From assembly GCA_963745075.1 (NCBI GenBank), contig CAVUWV010000001.1:224001-288000 (forward strand): 64,000 nucleotides of DNA. The letters run 5' to 3'. Made by a program: the position numbers and the translations under genes. Below the pieces are notes generated by a model. That model saw nothing but the letters and a program-made list of their open reading frames with translations, did not search any database and was not told the DNA's origin. Positions within the stretch are counted from its first letter, which is position 1; each line of letters opens with the position of its first letter. The stretch comes from Candidatus Hydrogenedentota bacterium (GTDB lineage: Bacteria > Hydrogenedentota > Hydrogenedentia > Hydrogenedentales > SLHB01). Positions 52,950-62,401 of the stretch are shown piece after piece.

Positions 52950-55244
52950 TCAGGATTCCCCAGGGTTGTCCGGTGTTGGGGCCGCGAATGGAAGACGAAC
53001 GGCGAATGTAGTCCCCCGGTCCACCTCGCTCTTAACCGTGATACTGCCTCCGTGGAGTGTAACCATTTCTTTCACCAAGAACAATCCGAGCCCCGCGCCA
53101 GCGGATTTTCGCGTGCCGCCCTTCACCTGATAGAAACGTTGGAAAATGTTATCGAGGTGCTCGGCCGGAATTCCAATGCCCGTGTCCGTGACCTCCAACA
53201 CCAACTCGTCGTTGTCGCGGTGTGCGCGGACGCTCACCGCACCACCCGGTGGCGTGAATTTCACCGCGTTTTCCAGCAGATTGCAGACAATCGTGTGGAA
53301 CTTCGTCGCGTCGGCGGACAGGGGCGGAAGATCGGGTTCAAGATCGCGTGCAAACTGAACCTGCTTGGCGGTCATCGCCGCGTTAAGCGATCCCGCGGCG
53401 CTGGCAATCTGGTCGGAAACTTCCACCATGGTGCGATTCATCACCGCACGGCCAGACTCGATCGATCCAATTTCCAGCACTTCTTCAATCAGTTTCATGA
53501 GCCGCTCCGCCTCCTCGTCAATGATGCGAAGAAAGTGCTCTCGTTTTTCTTGTTGCATAACGGGATTGCGCAATAGCGTGTTCACGAATCCCTTGATCGA
53601 CGTCATCGGCGTGCGCAATTCGTGCGAAACTCCCGACACAAAGTCGGTCTTCATCTGGTCGATCTCACGCTCCTTCGTCACGTCGTGCAGGATCGTTACG
53701 TAGCAGTCCTCCCCCTGAATCAATTCGGGGATACGCGAGCGCGTGACCGAAAGGGTACGACGGCTGGGTCCGCTTAGATGCACGTCAGCTTTCGTGATAT
53801 CGCTCCCGGCCTCTGCGGTCTCCCTCCACATGGCGCTGAATCGCTCATCTTCCAGGAGCCCGAGAAAATCCGTCGCCAATGGCTCGCGGTCGGAAAATCC
53901 CAAAAGATGCTGGGCCGTGTGATTCATCATGAGGACGCGGTCGCGCGTGTCCGTGAGCACCACGCCTTCACCAATTCCGCGCAAGATCGTTTCCAATCGA
54001 TTGCGTTCCTGGGCCAGGATCACAGCCTTGCGCCGGTTATCGGCCTCGATCTCGCGACGCTCCACCGCCTCGCCCAGCGTTCGGGCCACCGCGTCGAGGA
54101 GTTTGCGTTCCGAGGCCAGAAAGGGCTCCCCCGGCGACGTGGTGCGTACGTCTTCGATGTAGAAGACCTGCACCATTCCGCGTGCTCTTCCTTCAACGAC
54201 GATCGCGGCGGATTGCCCCCATTGCGTTTCCTTGAATCGTTTGCTCGTGTATTCCGTTCCGTCGAGGATGATTCTCGTGCGGGCGAGATCCGGATAGCGC
54301 CAGGCGGGAGGTATCAACAGCACCAAGTCCTGGCAGATCTCCTCCACGGACTCGCGTGTCCGAAGCGATTCGGCCAAACCATAGATGCAGGACAGTTCTT
54401 TCAGTTGCTGTTCGAACGTCACGAGAACGCGTTGAAACCGGGTTTCCGCCTGGCGGCGCTGCAGTTCGCCCGCCGCACACGCCGCGAAGAGGCGCAGGAG
54501 GATGTCCCGCGAGGAAGCCTCGTCGAAGGGTTCGGGATCGTAGAGGGCGAGAAATGCGATGCGTTCGCCTTCCCCATGCTCGACCGTTATGCCGATAAAA
54601 CTCTGCGCCTTGAGGCGTTTGGCCACGGCGCAGGCCGGATACCGCTTGGCCACCCCCGCCCGGACCGTCAATACCGCAGGCGTCCCCTGCAATACGTCGC
54701 TCAGCGGCGTACCCTCAAGCGCGAACTCCGGCTCGTCGACGAACAACCCGTCGCGCCACGTTGCAATGGGGATGGCATGGCCGCCGCGTGCCTCGTTGTA
54801 GGTTGCGACCGTCGCGTACTGCATGCCGCATGACTGGGCAAGGTTCCGGACCAACGCGTTAAAAAAGTTCTCCTGGGTGAGGGCGCGAGTGACTTCGAGA
54901 AGCGCGCGCAAGTCGGTGTGGGCGAGATGGACCTCCGAGATATCCTGTACGTAGGCGTAGCCGCAATCCTCGCGCGGCGCCCCCTGGAGAAGGAACCGGT
55001 AGAGGTGGTCGTCGAGTTGCGCGCACAACCAAGTCTGCCGGCCTTCCCGAATACACGCGGCAAGATCGAGATGGCCCGCGCCTGGGAGAATCGCCGTCAG
55101 CGAATTGCCCACGTCTTCGTGAAATGCGGTTCGGGCGGCCGCGTTGACGCCGATCAGAATTCCAGACGCGTCGAAGACGAAAATCGGGCTCGGATTGAGT
55201 TCATCGATGGTTCCCAATCGGTTTGGCTCAGTCTTTTGCGCCAT
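52950..55244 (-). CDS. Cytoplasmic PAS/GAF histidine kinase
   Basis: SHELRTP, NLLENAVKF, DTGIG, GLGL boxes; no TM segment seen. Confidence 0.92.
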   Translation of the reverse strand: MAQKTEPNRLGTIDELNPSPIFVFDASGILIGVNAAARTAFHEDVGNSLTAILPGAGHLDLAACIREGRQTWLCAQLDDHLYRFLLQGAPREDCGYAYVQDISEVHLAHTDLRALLEVTRALTQENFFNALVRNLAQSCGMQYATVATYNEARGGHAIPIATWRDGLFVDEPEFALEGTPLSDVLQGTPAVLTVRAGVAKRYPACAVAKRLKAQSFIGITVEHGEGERIAFLALYDPEPFDEASSRDILLRLFAACAAGELQRRQAETRFQRVLVTFEQQLKELSCIYGLAESLRTRESVEEICQDLVLLIPPAWRYPDLARTRIILDGTEYTSKRFKETQWGQSAAIVVEGRARGMVQVFYIEDVRTTSPGEPFLASERKLLDAVARTLGEAVERREIEADNRRKAVILAQERNRLETILRGIGEGVVLTDTRDRVLMMNHTAQHLLGFSDREPLATDFLGLLEDERFSAMWRETAEAGSDITKADVHLSGPSRRTLSVTRSRIPELIQGEDCYVTILHDVTKEREIDQMKTDFVSGVSHELRTPMTSIKGFVNTLLRNPVMQQEKREHFLRIIDEEAERLMKLIEEVLEIGSIESGRAVMNRTMVEVSDQIASAAGSLNAAMTAKQVQFARDLEPDLPPLSADATKFHTIVCNLLENAVKFTPPGGAVSVRAHRDNDELVLEVTDTGIGIPAEHLDNIFQRFYQVKGGTRKSAGAGLGLFLVKEMVTLHGGSITVKSEVDRGTTFAVRLPFAAPTPDNPGES

Positions 55245-55442
55245 CGGTCAGGTTTGGTCCTTTCCAGCATCCAGCTCTGTAAGAACTGTACCCGAAATGG
55301 ATTGGCGGCGGCGAATTTGCGCGGTACTTTGGACGATGAGGCAGATCCGACGCGGTGTGTATGCAATTGCCCGCCTTCGGGTTGCGGGGACTCGACTCAC
55401 CACATGTCGCCGGTTTCGGCGCGTGTCAACACGGCTGGATAC

Positions 55443-57032
55443 TCACGCCGCCCTGCGGTTGCGCCGCCGCGCGCGCACGCCCAACCCAAGAAGCGTCGAG
55501 ACAGTAAGGCCAAGCATGAGAACGTCGCCGACCCCAGCGCGCGACGCTTTAGCGCCGCCCTTGGGTGAAACCCGATTAAAGCAGGACTGAACCGGGCGAA
55601 CGTCACGCCGGAACGGTGTCGCTTCCGAATTTGGATTCCCCGCCAGGTCGGTGCATACGTTGGCGTGTATATCCGCCCCGACGGTTCCAAGGGTGGTCAA
55701 CGGCGTGATGGTGAAATAATAGACATTATCCGATCCGCTGAATCCGCCCAAGTCGCCGTTCAGCGCCGTGATATCCGACAGATCGAACCCGGTAACGGAA
55801 CTACTGAAGGTGACTGTAACCGGTATCACGGTGATGATATTGGTCGGGTCCGGCGTGCTCGAGGTCATGGTTACGGTGGGTCCGACGTTGTCGAAATCGC
55901 GGCTGAACGTCTGTGCCTCGGTATTGCCGTTGCCCGCGGCGTCTTGCGCCACACCGGCTGCGATGTCTGCATTGACGGTCCCGACGCCCGCCGGGGTAAG
56001 GTCAAAAGAATACGACGCCCCGCTCCCGTCAAAGTTGGTCACCGTCGCGTTGGTGGGCACGATATCCGTCACGTCGAAACCGATAACGACCTCACTGAAC
56101 GTCACGGTCACGGGGATCGGCGTCACGTTGGTGGGATTGTTCACCGACGACGTCATCGTGACCGTCGGCGCGATCAGATCGAAGTTCTTGATGTACTGGC
56201 GCTCCGCTTCCGCGATGCAGGCAAGCGCGTTGGCCGCAAGTCCGGTCAACTCCTGACACTTGTTCCGCGCCGCGACCTTGCTCGGCTGGCCGGTGACATA
56301 GTTCATGAGGGCGCAGGTTTCACCGGGGCCCAAGGTGAGTTCGTACTCCCAGAAAGGGGCGTCACTTCCGGACACGAATACGATGTCCTTCAGGCCAACT
56401 TGGCGGTTGGGCCCTTGAAACACATGGCCAAGGCGCGGCGACGGCGACGTGCCGCCGCTATAGTCTTCGAAACTCACGGCCCAGTTGTCCGCCGTCGTCG
56501 CGGCTGCCGGAGGGTTGGACGTTTCAGCGAGGACGGTATCGGTGCCGGAGCCCAAGTTGCTGTAAATGATTACGGAGACGGTTTCGGTCGCCCCGCCAAT
56601 ATTCTCGAACGTGTTGATCCAGCGGCAGAATTCGTCGTTGTCGGGCACGAACACTTTCCGGTTCACCACAATGTTGCCGATGGTCTGGTCGGCAAAGATA
56701 AACTGCCGATTCGAACAAGCGCCATCGGGCGACGTGCCGCCGTTCATGTTGTACACAACACCGTTCACGAACAGATTGTTGTATCCGTCGAAAGCGTTTG
56801 ACAATACGGCCGGCGTCGTGCCGCCGCCGCTCGTCGTCGCAGCGACGGAGGTCGTGTAGGCCGCGTCGCTCACGGCGCCAGATGCCATGGAACTGGTCGA
56901 GAACGTGACATCGGAATTGATGAAATACTCCAACCCCGACGCGTCCACCAGGGAGAGACTCCCCACGCCGGCCATCGCGGTCTGCGCTACCGTTATCGCT
57001 GCGATTCCTACCAGAACGCCAATCCGCTTCAT
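55443..57032 (-). CDS. Secreted Ig-like repeat surface protein with C-terminal membrane anchor
   Basis: Signal peptide (AQTAMA); two PTVTMTSS..VTVTFS..D.AGN.N repeats; C-terminal Cys, TM helix and Arg-rich tail. Confidence 0.8.
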   Translation of the reverse strand: MKRIGVLVGIAAITVAQTAMAGVGSLSLVDASGLEYFINSDVTFSTSSMASGAVSDAAYTTSVAATTSGGGTTPAVLSNAFDGYNNLFVNGVVYNMNGGTSPDGACSNRQFIFADQTIGNIVVNRKVFVPDNDEFCRWINTFENIGGATETVSVIIYSNLGSGTDTVLAETSNPPAAATTADNWAVSFEDYSGGTSPSPRLGHVFQGPNRQVGLKDIVFVSGSDAPFWEYELTLGPGETCALMNYVTGQPSKVAARNKCQELTGLAANALACIAEAERQYIKNFDLIAPTVTMTSSVNNPTNVTPIPVTVTFSEVVIGFDVTDIVPTNATVTNFDGSGASYSFDLTPAGVGTVNADIAAGVAQDAAGNGNTEAQTFSRDFDNVGPTVTMTSSTPDPTNIITVIPVTVTFSSSVTGFDLSDITALNGDLGGFSGSDNVYYFTITPLTTLGTVGADIHANVCTDLAGNPNSEATPFRRDVRPVQSCFNRVSPKGGAKASRAGVGDVLMLGLTVSTLLGLGVRARRRNRRAA

Positions 57033-57175
57033 GTGTGCTTCTCCCAACCGGATAAGATCTTGCCCCGTCCCACTTCTTGCTGCTACCAGCGGTGCTCTCC
57101 TCGGCGCCTCGCCGCCCCCGTCACGCCACTACCTAACACTATACACAAAAGCGCCACCCGTTACGCCCGGACGCG

Positions 57176-58534
57176 CTAACAGGAGGATTCACCGTCTGTT
57201 ATCGACTTCAACACATCCTCCGGCGTCATCTCGGGCCCCATGTCATTCACACCTTCCCAATGACCCGGTTGCACGCGTTCTCCCAACTCCCGGAAGAACG
57301 TATTCTTCTCTCTCGCGCCGGCGAATCGGGAGCGCGCCCAGGCGCTCGTGTACCCCATACCGCAGCGAGACTGCAGAACTGTGTGGCCGTACATGAGTAG
57401 GGCGCCTTCCAACGCCGGTGCGACAAGGGGGGCCATTTCCGGCGCGTCGAAGTCGTCGACAAGCCGTTGGCCGTACGCGTTCATTTCCGTGCCCACCAGC
57501 ATCGGCAAATTCCGTTCGACGGCCAGCGCAACGATGCGGTGCAATTCGGCCACCTTCTTGGCTTTGACGTCGCGATCGGTGACGTTCCAGTTCCGGTCGG
57601 GGATGACATTGATCGCCGCGACCCCCTCGGCCATCGCCACGTCCAGCAACTCCTCGATATCGCGTTCGCCCCCGCTCGTACCGTCCAGCCATCCGTAGGT
57701 GGGAATGGCGCCGGCTTCCAGGATGAACTCGGTGACCGCCTTAAACGCGGGAAAATCCGGACCCTCTGGCTTGACGTAGCCCACCCCGCCCGCCTTCATG
57801 ACTTTCGAGCGGAAGTACGCCTGAAATACGGGCGGTTCTTCGAACATTTCCTTGATGGTCGCTCCGTCGCCTCCAAGCCGTTCCGCCCAGAAGACCGCCC
57901 GCTGACCGTCATCCGGCATGAGTTCCCGGGACTTCCGGTCGAAGGCCACGCATATATGCCGTTCCGTTGCGTTCCCATTGGGCGACAAGGGCAATACGTC
58001 CCCCTCGTAGTCGACCCGCACGGACCCCATATGCGGGTTAATCCTCGCCAACATGGATTGGTTCCGTTGCTGCGCGGTTTCTTTGAGTTGTGGAAGGAGC
58101 CCCGGAGTCGTAAGTCCTGACGCGGTAAAGCCGGCACCGATATGGTACGCAATGCCCGGCTCGCCTGGCGAATTGATTTCCCGCGTCGAAAACTCCGGCA
58201 AGTAGACCCGCGTCTCCAATCCCGTGCAGGCCCGCAATCCCAAAAGACGGCACGCATCCAGGAATTCGTCCACTCCGTCAAGCACGTCGAAATCAATTAA
58301 TCCCACCGCCGCGAGACCCATGCAACGCGCTTGCCAGGCAACTCGGGCCGGGGAATAGCCGTACCCGTTGAAGGAAAAGAAAGAGTGGCAATGGAGGTTC
58401 ACCGCACTTCCGGTCTCCGGCAGTTCAATGCTACCGGCGCGCGCAAGATCCCAGAGTTGCTCCAGCGCGGTCCACCGCATCCGCGGATCAAAATCGTTCA
58501 ATTGTGCTTCCAGCACGCCTTGGGTCGGCGACAT
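57176..58534 (-). CDS. PHP-domain protein
   Basis: NLHCHSFFS, VGLIDFD, GLETRV, ERH motifs; start inferred from a GGAG RBS. Confidence 0.7.
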   Translation of the reverse strand: MSPTQGVLEAQLNDFDPRMRWTALEQLWDLARAGSIELPETGSAVNLHCHSFFSFNGYGYSPARVAWQARCMGLAAVGLIDFDVLDGVDEFLDACRLLGLRACTGLETRVYLPEFSTREINSPGEPGIAYHIGAGFTASGLTTPGLLPQLKETAQQRNQSMLARINPHMGSVRVDYEGDVLPLSPNGNATERHICVAFDRKSRELMPDDGQRAVFWAERLGGDGATIKEMFEEPPVFQAYFRSKVMKAGGVGYVKPEGPDFPAFKAVTEFILEAGAIPTYGWLDGTSGGERDIEELLDVAMAEGVAAINVIPDRNWNVTDRDVKAKKVAELHRIVALAVERNLPMLVGTEMNAYGQRLVDDFDAPEMAPLVAPALEGALLMYGHTVLQSRCGMGYTSAWARSRFAGAREKNTFFRELGERVQPGHWEGVNDMGPEMTPEDVLKSITDGESSC

Positions 58535-58675
58535 ATCGTAGAACTCCAACAATTCGGTTATGGCTTCTGTCTTCCGGCACGCGGCCGCGTGCCTGCGGCA
58601 GGCACTCGTCCCCCCTTGCGGTAATAGTACCGACCATGCGTCTCAATACCAAACTCAGCGCCACATTCGAGCGGT

Positions 58676-58699
58676 GTGGCACAGCCGCCCTCGGCTGTG
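58676..58699 (+). repeat. REP-like palindrome with GTGG foot
   Basis: GTGG-CACAGCCG-CCCT-CGGCTGTG. Confidence 0.6.
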
Positions 58700-58784
58700 T
58701 ATTCTTGCCGGGAAAACTTGGTAGGCTAAGCTAAACGTTTAGCCGGAGTTATCGATTCTCCAGAAATACTCGAAGGGGATTGCC

Positions 58785-59952
58785 ATGCAATACCACATTA
58801 CCCGCCGCGATTTCTTCAAACACAGCCTCGTTGTTGGCGCGGGGATGGCTGCCATCGGCTGCGCGACGACGACCACGCCTACCCGGCAGTCGATTGCCTG
58901 GAGTCCCACGCTGGAAACGTATCGCGACGAGAAGACCGGCGCGTTGGTGCGCCGTCTGACGAGCGGTCCCTCGAAGGACGAGGTGATCTATCAGACCCAT
59001 CCCATGTGGGTAAACGGGATGGAATACCTGATATTCCGGTCAGACCGGTCCAGCGGGGGAATGAAACCGCACATCCTGGAATCGCGCACCGGGATCATCC
59101 GCCCCTTGTCGGGAGATCCTGTAGACGACTACGTCGTGGCGCGCCAAAGTGCCGCGGTGTATGTGTTCCGCGACAATGCAATCTGGGACTGCGACGTAGT
59201 GCGGGCTTTTCATGATGGCGCGCCGGGCAAATGGGTGGCCGATTGGCCGCAAGAGTTCATGGGTCACCTCGGCATGATGTCCCTCGACGCAACCGAGCGC
59301 GTCCTCTATGCGGGCTTCTCCTACAACCGCGACAAGAAGTACGGAATCCTGGCCATCGACCTTCCTTCAGGCAAAAGCAAGCCCATCACCACGGTCGATT
59401 TTCAGGTCGGCCACGTCCAGGCAAACCCCGTGATCACCGGTCTCGTCAGCTTCTGCTGGGAGACCGGCGGGGACGCCCCGCAGCGCACGTGGGTGGTCGA
59501 TGTGAAGGACGGCATCGCCCGCCCGTTCTACATAGAAACCTACGAGGAGTGGGTGACCCACGAAGTCTGGTGGGGAGCGGACCGGATGCTCTTCACCATT
59601 TGGCCGTACGACGACACCCACAAGGCCCAGCCCCACGGCGTCGCCGAGGTGGACTATCCCTCCGGCGATCACCGCATCATCTACCAGATGCCCGCATGGC
59701 ACACGGCGGGAAGTCCGGACGGCCGCTGGGTCATGGCCGACGATTTCCAGCGCAACCTCTGGCTCATCGATCCCAACACCGGTGAGCGCCGTTTGCTCAC
59801 CCAGGGCCACAACACGAAAGGCGTCGACACCCATCCCCACGCCTCCTTCACACCGGACAGCAAGGGGATCGTCTTCACTTCCAGCAAATTCGGCAACGCC
59901 GGATGTGTTTCTCGTCGAAATCCCGGATTGGGACTCATTGCCCGTCGAATAG
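58785..59952 (+). CDS. Tat-exported oligogalacturonate-lyase-like beta-propeller, frameshift near 59900
   Basis: TRRDFFK Tat motif and IGC lipobox-like site; YRDEKTG..RRLT, HVQANP, THEVW, HPHASFTPD. Corrected end GNADVFLVEIPDWDSLPVE*. Confidence 0.75.
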
Positions 59953-59996
59953 TGTCAGTACAACTTCCCACGATCTACGATGCACGTTGCAAGAGA

Positions 59997-60170
59997 AACA
60001 TCCCCCTCGACCCTCCGGGTCTGCCCCCTTCAAAGGGGGAGAGGCTTACCCGCGCTTCGCCTGGCGGCCGCGCCGGACCGATACTTGCGAGTTGTCTGTA
60101 CACCGACGTGCTTATCGAAAGCGGGGGTTCGCAAAACTCCCCCTTTGAAGGGGGATCAAGGGGGATGTTC
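59997..60170. repeat. Inverted pair of CCCCCTTCAAAGGGGG palindromic elements
   Basis: AACATCCCCCT..CCCCCTTCAAAGGGGGAG (59997-60041) versus CTCCCCCTTTGAAGGGGGATCAAGGGGGATGTT (60137-60169), between convergent genes. Confidence 0.75.
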
Positions 60171-60217
60171 TTCGGGTGATGCACCCATCGCGGAGTGTTC
60201 TCCTTCTGTACGCGTAC

Positions 60218-60904
60218 TTAGTCGTCGATGCCGAAGGCTTCCTCATGCAATCGCCACCGGACCGTGTGCGCTTCACGTAGATCGTCGAACCGCACGAACG
60301 GGCGATAGCCGCCGCTGACCACCGTGGCGCGGTTCGCCGGTTCGGCGCTAATGATTTCGGTGTTCGGCGGAAACACCATCGATACGGTGTTCTCCCGCCC
60401 CAGCGCCGTATTGTTCCGAAACACCCAGTCCCCGTTCTCCTCCTGGTAAAGACCCCACTTCTGGTCTTTGACCGTCGATGACTTGGGCTCCATGTCGTGA
60501 AGCCATACCGTGTACCGAACCCAGTCGCCCTTGTCAACCGGCGTTCGCAATTCGGCTTCGTAGCGCCACATGGTGGAGCCGACTTTGATTTTTTCCCAGT
60601 CCAATTCATTGCCGTACGCGTCGTACCACACCATGTCCTCCTGTGGGAACTCGACGCCGTCATAAAGATGCACGGTGCGATCCGGAATCTTGCTCCAATT
60701 CTTCTCCTCCACGTGAAACGCGCTCGTCATCTTCCCGTCCGGAGCGAACCAGTACGTGGCCTCCGAGCGGCCGTCGAAGATCCCCCGGGCAAAGTGCCAC
60801 GCCCAGGTCTCCGCAGCCACGACGGCGGGTACAATGATCGCCACCGAGCAAATGCGCCCCAACGTCTTAAACGACACGCGGTTCAACATTCTACGCATCA
60901 ACAT
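60218..60904 (-). CDS. Hypothetical exported or membrane-anchored protein
   Basis: GGAGGT RBS, N-terminal hydrophobic segment, overlaps the upstream gene. Confidence 0.65.
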   Translation of the reverse strand: MLMRRMLNRVSFKTLGRICSVAIIVPAVVAAETWAWHFARGIFDGRSEATYWFAPDGKMTSAFHVEEKNWSKIPDRTVHLYDGVEFPQEDMVWYDAYGNELDWEKIKVGSTMWRYEAELRTPVDKGDWVRYTVWLHDMEPKSSTVKDQKWGLYQEENGDWVFRNNTALGRENTVSMVFPPNTEIISAEPANRATVVSGGYRPFVRFDDLREAHTVRWRLHEEAFGIDD

Positions 60905-61310
60905 CGTGTGTACCTCCGTTGCCTTCGCCGTTCTCCGACGACAACGCTTCCAGCCGCGCGGAAACCTGCGCAAGCCGCAGTTCCACCTGCTTGATTTCCT
61001 TTGACGTCGCCATGCGGCTGTCGACGATCCAATACCAGAGCTTCATCAGCACGCTGGATTCGAGGCCCAGCATCATCATGAAAAAGCCCAGCAGCATCTC
61101 CCGCGTGTCGCCCGCCTTGGCAATCCACCACGCGCCGAAGAACAACAAGGCCAAACACCACAACACGCCGGTCGTCAGCTTGACCATCATCAACTTGCGG
61201 CCGTAGTCAAACTCCTCGACCACCTTTCGGCGCATGTCCTCATCGGGGGCATCTTCAATTTCCATCACGCCCCAGATGAAGTCGTGCAATCGCCGTTCTC
61301 CGTTTTTCAT
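60891..61310 (-). CDS. Two-TM putative anti-sigma factor (DUF6768-like)
   Basis: KLWYW..EIKQVELRL motif; start overlaps the ECF stop. Confidence 0.65.
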   Translation of the reverse strand: MKNGERRLHDFIWGVMEIEDAPDEDMRRKVVEEFDYGRKLMMVKLTTGVLWCLALLFFGAWWIAKAGDTREMLLGFFMMMLGLESSVLMKLWYWIVDSRMATSKEIKQVELRLAQVSARLEALSSENGEGNGGTHDVDA

Positions 61311-61852
61311 GGGGTCGATTCCTCCATGTGCCGGCGCAATTGTTGCCGGCAGTGGTACAGGCGGGACTTCACCGTGCCCGGGGAAATCCCCAGCACGTCC
61401 GCAATCTCCGCCACGCTCAACTGTTCGTAGTAAAAAAGGCCCACCATCGCGCGCTGTTCTGCCGACAACGACTGGAGCGCGGTCTCCAATGCCACGTCTT
61501 TGCCGTCCGCACGAGACGGCGGAGGCGGCGCATTAGCCATCTCCTCGAACGAACGGTCCCGCTTGCGCCGCCGTTGCCGTTTTCGGACCCAGTCGATGGC
61601 CTTCCGATGCAGCACACGAAACGCCCACGCCGGAAACGCCACCGGGTCGTCCAACCGGCCCAAGCCACGGACCATGGCGATCCAGGCCTCCTGCGCCACG
61701 TCCCGCGCCGCTTCCCCGTCATTCGTCAACGCAACGGCCTGCCGCACCAGCCGCGGATGCCAGCGGCGCACCAATTCATCCAACGCCCCTGCGTCCCCCG
61801 CCTGGCTCCGTGCCACGAGCCACTCGTCATACAGCTTTTCCCGCTGGTCCAT
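61307..61852 (-). CDS. ECF sigma factor
   Basis: ARDVAQEAW, FPAWAFRV, SVAEIADVLGISPGTVKSRL. Confidence 0.92.
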   Translation of the reverse strand: MDQREKLYDEWLVARSQAGDAGALDELVRRWHPRLVRQAVALTNDGEAARDVAQEAWIAMVRGLGRLDDPVAFPAWAFRVLHRKAIDWVRKRQRRRKRDRSFEEMANAPPPPSRADGKDVALETALQSLSAEQRAMVGLFYYEQLSVAEIADVLGISPGTVKSRLYHCRQQLRRHMEESTP

Positions 61853-61862
61853 ACACATAAAG

Positions 61863-61888
61863 GTCGCCCGACAAGGTGGATCGGTTCA
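61863..61888 (-). promoter_or_regulatory. Putative ECF autoregulatory promoter
   Basis: Minus strand TGAACC-N16-CGAC ending about 10 nt before the ATG; no RBS seen. Confidence 0.45.
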
Positions 61889-61924
61889 ACCTAGAATCGG
61901 CCGTTGAATCTCGCCTTGGCGCTT

Positions 61925-61953
61925 CTCGTGCTCGTAATCGTTATCGTAATCGA
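61925..61953. repeat. Degenerate hexamer tandem repeat
   Basis: CTCGTG CTCGTA ATCGTT ATCGTA ATCGA. Confidence 0.55.
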
Positions 61954-62206
61954 GTTGTGGACATGCAACGTCCTCACGAACGAAGACCTTCGGGGAGACG
62001 ATTCACTCAAAAGGTGACGAGCAAGAATCCGGTAAGCCACGGAACTGCTCAATCATGGGGACCAAGCATCGGGCTTAACTGCCGTTTTGAGGTTCAATGC
62101 GAGGTGCTTGGTATACGAGCAGTTGCTGGATCGGCATACTGGCCTGACTCCTGCGGGCCGGTACTCATGGGCGCGTGCGAAGGTGGTCCAGTATGGGTGA
62201 TCCGGT

Positions 62207-62321
62207 GTGGGACCGGCGCCCCTGCCGGTCAACCCAGCGGATGTAGCGCAGGCGTCCTCGCCTGCAAATCTGAGACACAACCCCAAAGAATGCAGGCGAG
62301 GACGCCTGCGCTACATCCGCT
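62207..62321. repeat. REP cluster: GTGG-foot palindrome plus a REPIN-like inverted GTAG doublet
   Basis: GTGG-GACCGGC..GCCGGTC (62207-30); perfect 31-bp inverted repeat 62236-66 / 62291-321 containing GTAGC-GCAGGCG-TCCT-CGCCTGC. Confidence 0.8.
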
Positions 62322-62401
62322 CGTTCGCTACCCCAGATTTGGGCGAATTACCCCGCCGCGGGAATCTTCCAGTAGAGTAACCACTACGAAGGACACGCCC
62401 C

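Noticed and set aside
59953..60184. Small ORFs with PPSKG motifs and the long tail of ORF 58785..60179
   Set aside because: These are translations of the palindromic repeat and read-through caused by the frameshift.
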